A DNA stretch of 64,000 bases from an uncultured Nitrososphaerota archaeon (GTDB taxonomy: Archaea; Thermoproteota; Nitrososphaeria; Nitrososphaerales; Gagatemarchaeaceae): the NCBI GenBank assembly GCA_963718895.1, contig CAVRAG010000004.1, positions 64,001 to 128,000 of the forward strand. The letters are read 5' to 3'. Position numbers and translations under genes: made by a program. The notes beneath the pieces are model-generated. The model was not told the origin of the DNA. It ran no database searches and saw only the letters and a program-made list of their open reading frames with translations. Of this stretch, positions 51,874 through 61,752 are shown piece after piece; the stretch's first letter is position 1; the number at the start of each line of letters is the position of its first letter.

Positions 51874-52238
51874 TCACACCGGGCCCATCATCGTCCAAAA
51901 ACGGAAGAACTTGTCGAGCATTGTGTCGTTGGGAACGAGGTCTACCTCCACGGTGTTTGTGAGGCCGTCGTACCGCAATTGGATCGATTTGACTATGCTT
52001 CTGTACATCACGTATCTCCCTCCACCCTCCAGGAGAATGTTCCTGTCCACGCGAGGAGCCCGACCTCGCAGAGATCGCTGACGTGTCTGTACGCGGTTCT
52101 GGAAGGTAAACCAAGCTCCTCTGAGATTTGGGCGATCGACTTCGGGCTTTGAATCGTCGAATTGATTACGCTTCTCGCTTCGTTCTCGCCTAGCATCTTT
52201 GCTATTCTCTCCTTCCGGAGCCGGTCATTGATTTGCAT
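51874..52238 (-). CDS. winged-HTH regulator (frameshifted near 52050)
   Basis: PKSIAQISEELGLPSRTAYRHV joins VDRNILLEGGGRYVMYRS. Confidence 0.7.
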
Positions 52239-52306
52239 ATGGCGCCTCGCCGAATTGCGGCAAAGCGCGCCTCTTATTATAAACGGCCTGCCAGCCGTTA
52301 GGATGC

Positions 52307-53674
52307 ATGACGATTCGTTCGAGGCGTGGTCTATCTCGCGCCGTTGGAAGAAGCAGGTTGCTGCTTTGTTCGCTCGCCCTTGTCAACGCGCTCTTGGTGC
52401 TGGCCCCCCTTGTGCCGGCCTCCGCCCAGACGCAGATTGTCACTGCCACTCCAGGATACATCAACCTGGGGATGACGACGTCGATAGCGGTGACGGCTCC
52501 GGCGGCCGGAACGTACACGGCCGTGGTGATCAAGCCAGACGGATCTTCGAGTTCACTCCCCTACACGTTCACCGCCGGAGGAAAGACGCAGGCTTCAGTC
52601 TTCGGGAACGCTACCTCGGGTTTCGGGACCCTGGTGAATCAGGTAGGAACCTACAACGTATTCGTAGAACAGGGTTCTGCGGTGATGGGCACCACTTCGT
52701 TCTACGCGACGAACAAAATCGTGATAACCATGGACATGGTCACCGGAGGAACCTGTTATTTCATCAACTCGGACGCCAGGGGGTACAAGTTCATCCCTAG
52801 GTTCTACGCCAGCTATGCATCGACCGGCGCCCTGCTCAACAACCTGACGCCCGGGGTCAAGATCACATTCACCCAACCGGACGGCAAGACGGTCTCGACC
52901 GCTTCGTGGGACACCGGCGCGCTCCTCTTCAGGGGACTGGTCCAGCCGGCCTGGAACTATACATACATAGGACCCTGGAACCCCACCGTCACGGCCCAGG
53001 ACGCCTTCGGGAACGCCGGAACGTACACCTACGCTGGAATCCCGTTCATTATGACGGCTGCCACACTCTCGACGAGCATCCAGATGATTGACGTCAAGAC
53101 GAGCGCTCTCGTCGCGTCGATCTACCCTGGAGAGTCCGTCACGATTAGCGCAACGGTCACGTATCCCACCAATGCTGAACCAACATCGGGCTTCGTGACA
53201 GGTCTAGACTCCGTCGTGCGGGGCGGTGTGGCCAACGCCGTCGTCGGCTACGGCGCGTACAATGCCACGACTGGGACCTTCAAAGGCGGCGACCTGGCGA
53301 CGGTGAAGCTTACCAACACAAACGGGGCCAATGGCACGTGGACGGGTCAGTTCGTGGTCCCCGCATCTCTCCCGACGCTTCCGGCGGGATCGAGCTTCGC
53401 CGTCTCGGTGACTTCGTCAGACAAGGCCAATCCTTCCAACACCGGGCTTCAGGTCATGGACCTCGGGCTGACTACAGCTCCTCAGGCCGGCGCGGCATCG
53501 ACGTCGACAGTCACTTCGGTCAGCACTGCGACGCAGGTAGTCTCACAGGTGAGTACCACGACGCAAACCGTCTCGCAGGTTACGCAGTCGATACCGACGA
53601 TTGCGTACGCTGGCATGGCGATCCTTCTGATAATAGGTCTCGCCATCGGGCTGACAGTGAGGATGCCCAAGTAG
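52307..53674 (+). CDS. secreted beta-rich protein with Ser/Thr linker and C-terminal TM anchor
   Basis: Signal peptide ending ASA-Q; STSTVTSVST linker; TM plus RMPK. Confidence 0.8.
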   Translation: MTIRSRRGLSRAVGRSRLLLCSLALVNALLVLAPLVPASAQTQIVTATPGYINLGMTTSIAVTAPAAGTYTAVVIKPDGSSSSLPYTFTAGGKTQASVFGNATSGFGTLVNQVGTYNVFVEQGSAVMGTTSFYATNKIVITMDMVTGGTCYFINSDARGYKFIPRFYASYASTGALLNNLTPGVKITFTQPDGKTVSTASWDTGALLFRGLVQPAWNYTYIGPWNPTVTAQDAFGNAGTYTYAGIPFIMTAATLSTSIQMIDVKTSALVASIYPGESVTISATVTYPTNAEPTSGFVTGLDSVVRGGVANAVVGYGAYNATTGTFKGGDLATVKLTNTNGANGTWTGQFVVPASLPTLPAGSSFAVSVTSSDKANPSNTGLQVMDLGLTTAPQAGAASTSTVTSVSTATQVVSQVSTTTQTVSQVTQSIPTIAYAGMAILLIIGLAIGLTVRMPK

Positions 53675-53684
53675 GCGCTGGCCG

Positions 53685-55452
53685 ATGAGCGCCCTGGGGA
53701 AGTTCGCCGTAAGCGCTTCTCTGGCCACGGTCTGTTTGCTCCTGCTGTCCGCAGGGAGCGCCCACGCCCAGAACGTGGCGCAGGCCTCCATCGTGGTCTC
53801 GTCACACGCAGGGTTTGTTGGAAGCGGGATTACCGTCTCTGGTACGGGGTACCCTCCCAGCACCAAACTGCTGCTCGAATGGAACTCGGCAAATGCCAGC
53901 TGGGTCGTCGGAGGTTCCCCGCCGCAGGTCACTGGGACCAAGGTCGTGCCAGTTGAGAAGGTCCTGGGCTCCGCCGAGTCCGATGCCTCGGGTTCGTTCA
54001 GCGTGCAGATCGCCGTGCCGCCTGACTTCGGGATGCAGCACGTCATGCAGGCGTACTATACCAACGGCACCGCCCTCGCTCCGAAGGCAACGTACACCCT
54101 CGAGCCTCAGTTCAGCGTCTCGCCGACGAGCGGGCCGGCCGGAACTCCGATCGCCGTGACCGGCACCGGGTTGGGCGACGGCCTCTACTCGACCAACTAC
54201 CACATCTACTGGGATAACAACTACGTAGGCTATGCCACTGCGCTCACCACTGGCGGGTCGACGAACTTCACAATCTATGCGTCGGGGGTGCCTGGAACGC
54301 ACTACCTCGCCGTATATCAGGGCTATCCGGGTCCCGGTTACCTGAACGCTGAACAAATACCAGTAGCGAGCCAGGGCCAGTCCTACTACCCTCCGGGGTG
54401 CGTAGTGATGACATCGTGCGCTATCCCATACTACGTGAACTTCACGGTCACGTCTGCATATTCCCAGACAACGACCAGCGGGAGCAGCGGTAGCCTGGCC
54501 ATCTCGGGATTGGCGGCCATCGTCCCCCTTCTTGCCGCGGTGATCGTTCCAGTGAGCGGGGGTCTCTATCTGTCCAGGCAGGATTCCGAAAGGCGCAGGG
54601 CCATCGCCAGGTCTACGGCAGCAATCCTCGTCGTCGTCCTGGTGGCAGTAGCTGGCGTCGCGCTCGTATTCTGCACTAGCTCAGGGCTCCTCATCGCAGA
54701 CCACGACCTCCTCGCTGTCATCGTCATCGACGCAGATCAACTTCACGCCCGTGGCTAGTGTCGACAGACCGCAGATAACGGTCCCAGTGCTCCACAACGC
54801 CACGACCGGCCCTCGAATCAGCGTCAGCCCAGAGATAGTCTCGGTCGGCCAGAACATAACGGTGACCGGCGCGGGCTTTGCGGCCGACACTCAACTCCCG
54901 ATAACCTGGTCGACGAGGCAGGGGAGTAACCTGCAAGGCTACAAGCTGGTCGCCCTGCCTTTGAGGAACGTTACCACGACGAGCGACGGGGCCTTCACTT
55001 TCACCATGAAGGTCCACTCGGACGTCGGGGGGCTCCATTTCATATCTGCCGGCAGCCTGACCACTAACTCGAACGGGACCCTCTTCCTCCAGAGGACCGG
55101 GACCATAAGCGAGATCCAGGGACCAGCGGGCACGAAGATCGTCATATCTTTCGTCGGGGTGGGATGGGACTACAACACGAACATCATCGCAGTCGACTAT
55201 GACAACTCATACGTGGGCTACGGTTGCGGCTTCAACACCGGCGGGAACGTGACGATTACCGTCTTCGCGGCGGGCGCGCCCGGGATACACAACATCGACA
55301 TCTACCCCTCTGTCTGGTGGGGTCCCTCTAGTCCGACTTCCCAGCAAGTCGTGATCTACAGATACCCGCTCCTGACCCCCCAGGACCATCCCGAACTGAT
55401 GCCGTCGTTCCACTTCACCTTCCTGATTACAGGGTCCGGCACGACCGGATAG
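53685..55452 (+). CDS. internally duplicated Ig/IPT-like surface protein with central TM hairpin (frameshift near 54685)
   Basis: Two copies of GPAGT...(W/Y)DN.YVGY...G.PG.H separated by two TM helices. Confidence 0.75.
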
Positions 55453-55558
55453 ATGGAGGATTGATGAGACTGACGCTTTCTCCGGCAACTTTCGTGACCA
55501 TGTACACCTCCCCTCGAGCTCGCGGTGTCATCCCCTTGGGCCTAGCCAGGAGCGAGCC

Positions 55559-56371
55559 ATGACCACGGAAAGCCGTGACGGGTCGGACAAAGAGCCGGTA
55601 AAGAACGATACTCAATCCCAGGTAACGCCCAGGAGTGACAGGAGCGCCACTCGAAGGAACCTGCTGAGGGCTAGTCTTGCGCTTGGCCTAGTGTTTGTGG
55701 TCGGAGGGATCGCCTCCCTGGCAAAGTCGCTCTTCTCCCCCGCCAACCCTCCTTCGCCAGAGGCGGTCCAGACCAACACCCCCACGGTGACCCAGACGAT
55801 TACCGTGACGCAGCAAGGAGGCAACCAGACGGCGAGTGCGTCCACCTCACAGGGGAGCAGCGAGAGTGCCTCGACAACAACAATTACGACCTCTTCTTCT
55901 CCTTTCCCACAGGTTCTGGTAACCAACGTCAGCGACCTGGTCGTGTCCCAACCGGTGGAGTTCAACTACCCTCTCGAGGAGACTCCGAACATCCTGGTCA
56001 AGCTCGGAGTGAAGGCCGTCGGAGGCGTTGGGCCCGACGAGGACATTGTCGCCTTCAGCCAGGTGTGTCAGCACCTGGGTTGCATCTACGCTTTCGTCGC
56101 CCCCAACACTTCCCCGTCGTGCGACAACACCTACAGTTCTTCCAAGCCGTCAGGATACTGCTGCTGCCACGGGAGCACCTATGACCTCTCCGCCGCCGGG
56201 AAGGTGACAGGCGGGCCAGCGCCGAGAGCGGTGCCCCAGGTGACCCTCCGAGTCGATTCCTCAGGCAACATCTACGCGATAGGCATGGGGCCGCCGACGA
56301 TCTTCGGGCACGACACGGGCTCGAACAACGTCTTGGACGATCTGCAAGGCGGGACCGTCGTGAGTGGATAG
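55559..56371 (+). CDS. Tat-exported Rieske [2Fe-2S] protein (SoxL/SoxF-like)
   Basis: TRRNLL Tat motif; GVGPDEDIVAFSQVCQHLGC; CCCHGSTYD; GPAP. Confidence 0.92.
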   Translation: MTTESRDGSDKEPVKNDTQSQVTPRSDRSATRRNLLRASLALGLVFVVGGIASLAKSLFSPANPPSPEAVQTNTPTVTQTITVTQQGGNQTASASTSQGSSESASTTTITTSSSPFPQVLVTNVSDLVVSQPVEFNYPLEETPNILVKLGVKAVGGVGPDEDIVAFSQVCQHLGCIYAFVAPNTSPSCDNTYSSSKPSGYCCCHGSTYDLSAAGKVTGGPAPRAVPQVTLRVDSSGNIYAIGMGPPTIFGHDTGSNNVLDDLQGGTVVSG

Positions 56372-57940
56372 TAGAATGCCGGGAAAGAGCGACGAGAAGG
56401 CCGAGGGTGGCAGGACCGCCGAGGATTCGTCGGGCAACGAACGGTTGGTCGACAGGGCCGTCCTCTGGTTCGACGCGAGGATTGGCCTCTCCCACCAGTT
56501 CCTGCGGCCGGCGCCGACCTACTCCGTCAACCCGTTCTACTGGCTCGGGGCTCTGGCAGTGGTCGCCTTCGTAATCCAGGGGGTGACGGGCATGCTGATG
56601 ATGATTTACTACATCCCTACGCCCACCCAGGCATATTCTTCCACCCTCTACATCTTCCAGGACGTCAGCTACGGCCGGTTCCTGGAGACCGTGCATCTCT
56701 ACACTGCGTACGCGATGATAATGCTAGCGTTTATGCACATGATGAGAGGCTTCTTCGTCTCCGTCCACAAGAAGCCGCGGGAGCTGATGTGGTTGACGGG
56801 GATGGGAATGGGGTTCGTCACGCTCGGCTTCGGCTTCACCGGTTACCTTCTCCCCTGGTCGGTCGTCTCCAAATCGGCGACCGATGTCGGGACAGGCATG
56901 ATTGGAGCCCTGCCGCAACCGTTCTCTTCCTACATAACGTTCCTGATCGTGGGCGGAGGAAGCTACACCGCGACAATGTTGCGGTTCTTCGAACTCCACG
57001 TCGTCGTACTGCCAGCTGTGCTGCTGGTCCTACTCGCTGGGAAGATGTATATGCTTGAAAGCCACGGTGTGAGCGAACCGGTTCTGGGCCCTGTGCCTCT
57101 GCCGGAGAAAAAGAGCAAGCTTATCCCAATCTTCCCCGACCTCTCGCTCTACCTCCTCGAGCTCGCCGCGTTGTTCGGCGTGGCGATGCTTCTCATCTCA
57201 GTTGCATTCCCGCTAACCCTGCCACCCCAGTACACGCCCGCGCTCGCTTCCCAGTACACTCCCCAGCCCGACTGGTATTTCCTGTGGATCTACCAGATCC
57301 TGAAGATATCGCTGTTCGAGGGGGCGGGGCTACCAGTCGCGCTCTCTGTCGTGACCCTGATATTCGTGGCTCTCACCCTCCTCCCGTTCATGGACAGGGG
57401 GAGACCCGCAGGATCGAGTCGAGGAGGATGTACGTTACGCTCGGCCTCATCTTCGTATCGGAGATTGCGGTCCTGACGATCTGGGGGTACCTGACTCCGG
57501 GGAGAATCATCCCGACGGAGCAGGCAGCGCTCGTACTCGGAGGCACGGCCCTCCTGATCACCCTGGTCTCGGCGGGAACCTACAAGGTGATCTTCAGGGG
57601 TCTGCGTGCAGGCACCGATTCGATGAAAGGCCAATCCCGCTCCTCCTCTCCCGGCACCCCCTACAGGACGAGAACGTTCAACTTCGCGGTGCTGTGGACC
57701 GCCGCGAGCTTCGTCGCAGTCCTGACCCTCGGAGCATTCGGCATAGGCGGTTCCATAGCCGCCTCGGTGCAGCTTCTGGTGCAGGGAACGGATATCTCGA
57801 TTCTTTCGTCTCTTGCCTTGTCTCTCGCAGAACTCTCGCTGGCGATCGTGGGTACCCTCTATCTCCTCTATCGGCTCGACCTTGGCACAGGCTCGATCAA
57901 ACGGCGCGTGAAGGCGTTCGAGGTGGGGTGGAAACCTTGA
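56364..57940 (+). CDS. cytochrome b (fused b6 plus subunit IV; frameshift near 57400)
   Basis: Heme His in VHLY, MHMM, LHVV and SHGV; GYLLPW; PDWYF. Confidence 0.9.
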
Positions 57941-58224
57941 CCGAAGCGGCCGAGCGAGTAGCTGTCCAGATAGCGGCGCTTCTTGTTATCCTGGGGTTCG
58001 TATCGTCTTTTGTGCTGTGGACAATCGATACAGCGTCCGCTTCGGGAGAGGCACTCTTCGCTCTCTACATGTCGGCAGACTTGATCTCATTCGCCATGAT
58101 ATCGTATGTCTATAGGGTGACGAAGGAGGGCGACGGGATCTCCCGAATCTGGACGTTCGTCGGCCTTTTTCTGCTGCTCGTTCTGATTGGTGCGGGTTTT
58201 GCATATGCGAGTCCCCCATACTAG
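57937..58224 (+). CDS. small three-TM protein
   Basis: TTG start overlaps the cytochrome b stop. Confidence 0.65.
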   Translation: MTEAAERVAVQIAALLVILGFVSSFVLWTIDTASASGEALFALYMSADLISFAMISYVYRVTKEGDGISRIWTFVGLFLLLVLIGAGFAYASPPY

Positions 58225-58295
58225 ACGAGGAGGCATGGTCCTGCCTGATTTGACTCGGTCGTCGAAAGTTGGAAGGGTAGAGAGGGGGCATTGAA

Positions 58296-58855
58296 ATGAC
58301 CGGTAGTCTGTCGAAGGCATTCATAGCCGTCTCCGTTTGGGGCGTCGCACTTGCCATCTACCACGCCTGGCAAGAGAAAGCTTTCGTCACCAATCCGTTC
58401 CTGGTGCACTACTCCTCGTTCGCCGCCTTGTATGGGGTCCCGTACTGGGCCTTCGGCGTAGTCTGGTTCCCGGTCTTGGTGATCGTCGGTCTCTGGTCGA
58501 CAAACCTAGGCAGGGCCAACCTGAGGATGGAGCTGCTCGCCCTGCTGAGCGTGGGAAACCTCTTCACTGCGTACCTCGTGTATCTGGACATCTTGGTGGT
58601 CAAGGCGTTCACCCTTGCCTACGCCGCTCTCTATCTCACAAATTACGTTCTGACCGGGCTGGTCGTGGCTCAGCACTGGAGAAACGACGTGATGGACGGG
58701 TTCGTCTATGGCACTGCGACGGGTGCGGCGATCGGTCTCCTCTTCGGACCGTATGGTGTAGCTGCGTGCGGCATCGCGGGGGAATCTTCGGCGCCGTCAG
58801 AAATTACGTGGTCCCCAGGACGCGTCGAAGCAACGTCCCGTCGCAGCCCAAGTGA
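58296..58855 (+). CDS. VKOR-like membrane protein lacking catalytic cysteines (3' frameshift)
   Basis: SSFAALYGVPYWAFGVVWF and YLVYLDILVVKAF pattern; CxxC position reads TLAY. Confidence 0.65.
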
Positions 58856-58936
58856 AAAAGGATCGTTGGCGCAGATTGGGGACGAATCGCTAATCCCTAT
58901 TCGCTGGCTCTCGAGTTCTGGCGGTTCTGGGAGGTT

Positions 58937-59170
58937 CTAGGGTTGCTTCCCGGGACTCGCTGATACCTGCATGACAGGCCGGGGCCAGATGCCGAGGACG
59001 GCCACAACTATGCCCACCAGGGCGACGAACGATCCGATGTAGATGAAGTTGGAGTTGTTGTCCATGAGTGAGCTCCCCCCGACCACGCCCTCTCCCTGGA
59101 GCGCAAAGACCGCACCAAGAAGGAGCAGCAGAAGTCCCACCAGTATCAATGTGAATTTTCTAGCTGACAA
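58937..59170 (-). CDS. small two-TM protein
   Basis: GAVFALQGEGVVGGSSLM. Confidence 0.6.
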   Translation of the reverse strand: MSARKFTLILVGLLLLLLGAVFALQGEGVVGGSSLMDNNSNFIYIGSFVALVGIVVAVLGIWPRPVMQVSASPGKQP

Positions 59171-59246
59171 AGTTATTCCTTGAATGACCTCTGGTAGTCC
59201 CGCTTTTAGGGCTTCGCAAGTCCCTCGGTCCCGCTTCTAGAGGTTG

Positions 59247-59921
59247 TCAGAGCGAGACGATCCTGTCGAGCTCCTTCTCCCTCTGCTTGTAGTCGGGACA
59301 GAAGGCAGCGAGCCTCCCCTTGAACGCCGGAGAGTGGTTGAACTCGGAGAGGTGGGCGAGCTCGTGCAGTATGATGTACTCTCGGAGCCTCTCGGGGAGC
59401 GCGATCAGCTGCCAGTTGAAGGAGAGGCGCCCGTCCCTGGTGCAGTAGCCCCAGTTCCTCATCTGCCTCACGTCGGCCCTCCGGTACTTCACGCCTAGCA
59501 CCTCTGAGAGCGTCCCGAGCTTCCCGACCACGTACCTGGAAGTCTCTCTCAGGTACCATCGCCTGACGAGCTCCCTGACACGAGACCTCTGGCTCGAACG
59601 TACGATCACCTCCCTCCGTATCGGATCGTGAAGGAGCTCCTCCTTCTCCTGGCTCTCCTCGAAGATCAGCTTCAGGTGCTCCCCGTCGAACATTACCTGC
59701 TCCTCGTCCAGGATCCTCCTGCTCTGGGACATCTCCTCGTAGTGCTTGAGTATCCACGTCTGCCTGTTCCTTATGGCGGAGGCTAGGTCCACGTTCCTGC
59801 CTCGTGGCAGAACGATCTCGAGGGTCCTGTCGGCCCGGAACCTGAAGTAGGTGTAACGACGGCTGGAACCGACCGTCACCAAGTACTCGATGCTTCGGGT
59901 CCCGAGGTGGATGATAGGCAC
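59247..59921 (-). CDS. YgjP/DUF45 (M48-like) metal-dependent hydrolase
   Basis: NWGYC, FNWQL, HELAHL..NHS. Confidence 0.9.
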   Translation of the reverse strand: MPIIHLGTRSIEYLVTVGSSRRYTYFRFRADRTLEIVLPRGRNVDLASAIRNRQTWILKHYEEMSQSRRILDEEQVMFDGEHLKLIFEESQEKEELLHDPIRREVIVRSSQRSRVRELVRRWYLRETSRYVVGKLGTLSEVLGVKYRRADVRQMRNWGYCTRDGRLSFNWQLIALPERLREYIILHELAHLSEFNHSPAFKGRLAAFCPDYKQREKELDRIVSL

Positions 59922-60008
59922 GCTGGATTCCCGCCGCGTCGGTCTGGATTAACAAAGTTTCGGTGTCGGACCGTCTCTCCGCGCGACTCGGAACCGTTTT
60001 AGACGACC

Positions 60009-60392
60009 TTGGAGAGAAAGCCTCCGATGCTCCGGGATGAGATGCGGAACGAGCTTATGCGGTCGGCGCTCGAGCGCAGGACGGTGACCTACGGTCACCT
60101 CATGAAGAAGTTCGGTCTCCCTCGCGGCGACACCGGCGAGACGGTCGTGGGCGTCCTAGGCCAGATCGACAGGGCTGAGGCCCAAGCCGGGGCACCGGGT
60201 TTCGCGGCCATGGTCGTGCGCAAGGACACGGGATACCCGGGAGGGGGGTTCTTTTGCTGGGAGGACATTCCGGCAGGTCTGAGGAGACCGAAAGACAAGG
60301 GGCAGGACCCGAAGCTCTCCCAAGCCGAGAAGGAGTACGTGAGAGGGCAGCAGGAGAAGATCTGGACGTACTACGGCGAACACAGGGGATAG
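60009..60392 (+). CDS. hypothetical protein
   Basis: VTYGHL...AMVVRKDTGYPGGGFF. Confidence 0.6.
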   Translation: MERKPPMLRDEMRNELMRSALERRTVTYGHLMKKFGLPRGDTGETVVGVLGQIDRAEAQAGAPGFAAMVVRKDTGYPGGGFFCWEDIPAGLRRPKDKGQDPKLSQAEKEYVRGQQEKIWTYYGEHRG

Positions 60393-60408
60393 TCCATGGC
60401 CCAGGCGT

Positions 60409-60780
60409 TCAAGCGCGCATCAGGCGTCTCTCAAGAACGTGCACGGCCCGCTCCACCCATTCGAGCATCTTCCGGTTCTGGTAGGCAGCTTCCATCTGCG
60501 AGGTGTACATCCACGTCAGATTCTTGATCACGTCCCTGTCGTTCACGGGGAGGACGACGTGCCGTTTCATGAATGGCTTCTTGAACCATCCACGGCACCT
60601 GTAGCAGTAGTAGTAGTCCCATTCGGAGCTCATGTAGAGGAGTTCGGCCGTCCTCCTTCCGGTGATGTCGGAACAGCGGAAGCACTCCGAGTCCGGGTAG
60701 ATGCCGAACGACCCGAGACCGCGGGTGCCGTCGGCGTCATCCCCATCGTGTCCGTCCATCCAGTCATCGGCCGAGTCCAA
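60409..60780 (-). CDS. hypothetical zinc-binding protein
   Basis: CFRC...CYRC. Confidence 0.55.
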   Translation of the reverse strand: MDSADDWMDGHDGDDADGTRGLGSFGIYPDSECFRCSDITGRRTAELLYMSSEWDYYYCYRCRGWFKKPFMKRHVVLPVNDRDVIKNLTWMYTSQMEAAYQNRKMLEWVERAVHVLERRLMRA

Positions 60781-60864
60781 GCGTCCTCGCTGTCCAGATG
60801 AGAGGGACCGGAGATATATGAAGCTGCTACCAGATCCTTCTCAAATCACCTCTCCGTCTGAGCT

Positions 60865-61359
60865 TTGAATAACGATTTATTCCCCCCTCGCCTGGCTCGT
60901 GTTACCTTGGTGAAGAGCAAGGATAGCGGGCAGTCCACTCTCGCGGACATCAAGAAGCTTCACGGAGCCTTGATATCGATAGGCGTTGACCAGGAGTCTG
61001 CAGAGAAGCTCACGGCGAGCAAGTCTCTCGATAGGATACAGGTTCCGATCTACTGGAAGGAAGGACTTGAATCGCGGGTCAACAGTCTCTGGCTGATCAA
61101 GCTCCCTGAGTTCCTCAGGGGGTTCGCGAAGGAGTTCCCCGACGGGGAGGTCCGGTGGGACCCCGATTACGAGAGCGCCGACCCAGCCGACGATGTTGCC
61201 GTGCTCGTCCGCTTCAACGTCCAAGAAGACGATCAGGGGAACCACTGGCATCCGAAACCGACCCTGCTGGAGGACGAGGCCTACCAGAGGATGATTGAGA
61301 GGGCATCCTTCAAGGGGGCCAAGCCGGTACCCGCGCACGTCGTGGTCCACGGAAAGTAG
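60865..61359 (+). CDS. hypothetical protein
   Basis: 164-aa ORF with coding-like composition. Confidence 0.5.
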   Translation: MNNDLFPPRLARVTLVKSKDSGQSTLADIKKLHGALISIGVDQESAEKLTASKSLDRIQVPIYWKEGLESRVNSLWLIKLPEFLRGFAKEFPDGEVRWDPDYESADPADDVAVLVRFNVQEDDQGNHWHPKPTLLEDEAYQRMIERASFKGAKPVPAHVVVHGK

Positions 61360-61365
61360 ACTGGC

Positions 61366-61644
61366 TCACCGCTTCTGGACAGACCTTCGGATTCCCGCGG
61401 CCCTCACCCGGTAGGACGCGGCGGCCCCGAACCCGAACAGCGCGATGACGATCGCGAGTACGACAAAGACAAAGACGTACTGCAGCCAAACCGAGAGCCA
61501 TGCCTGTGGCGCGACGCCGAACGGCATGCCCACTACGAATGAGAACGGAGAGACGAGGACAACCAGCACGAACGTGAGAAGATCTAGGAGGTGGGACGTC
61601 CGCTCAAGGCTCGATGCCAGTCTGGCGTCCTGATTCGCTTCCAA
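61366..61644 (-). CDS. small two-TM protein
   Basis: Two hydrophobic segments; TATA-like sequence upstream. Confidence 0.55.
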   Translation of the reverse strand: MEANQDARLASSLERTSHLLDLLTFVLVVLVSPFSFVVGMPFGVAPQAWLSVWLQYVFVFVVLAIVIALFGFGAAASYRVRAAGIRRSVQKR

Positions 61645-61752
61645 TCCGCGCCCACCGCAGGCGCCTTGTAGATAATCCTAGCTGCGGCAGGCGGCGGATG
61701 TGCAGGGGTGTGACGGCACCTGGGCAGCGCCAGGGTCGTCGTCCTCTGGTTC

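Noticed and set aside
55559-56371. Arsenite oxidase small subunit AioB
   Set aside because: The GVGPD.DIVAFS motif is shared, but no AioA molybdoenzyme is adjacent and cytochrome b follows, which fits a SoxL/SoxN-type pair.
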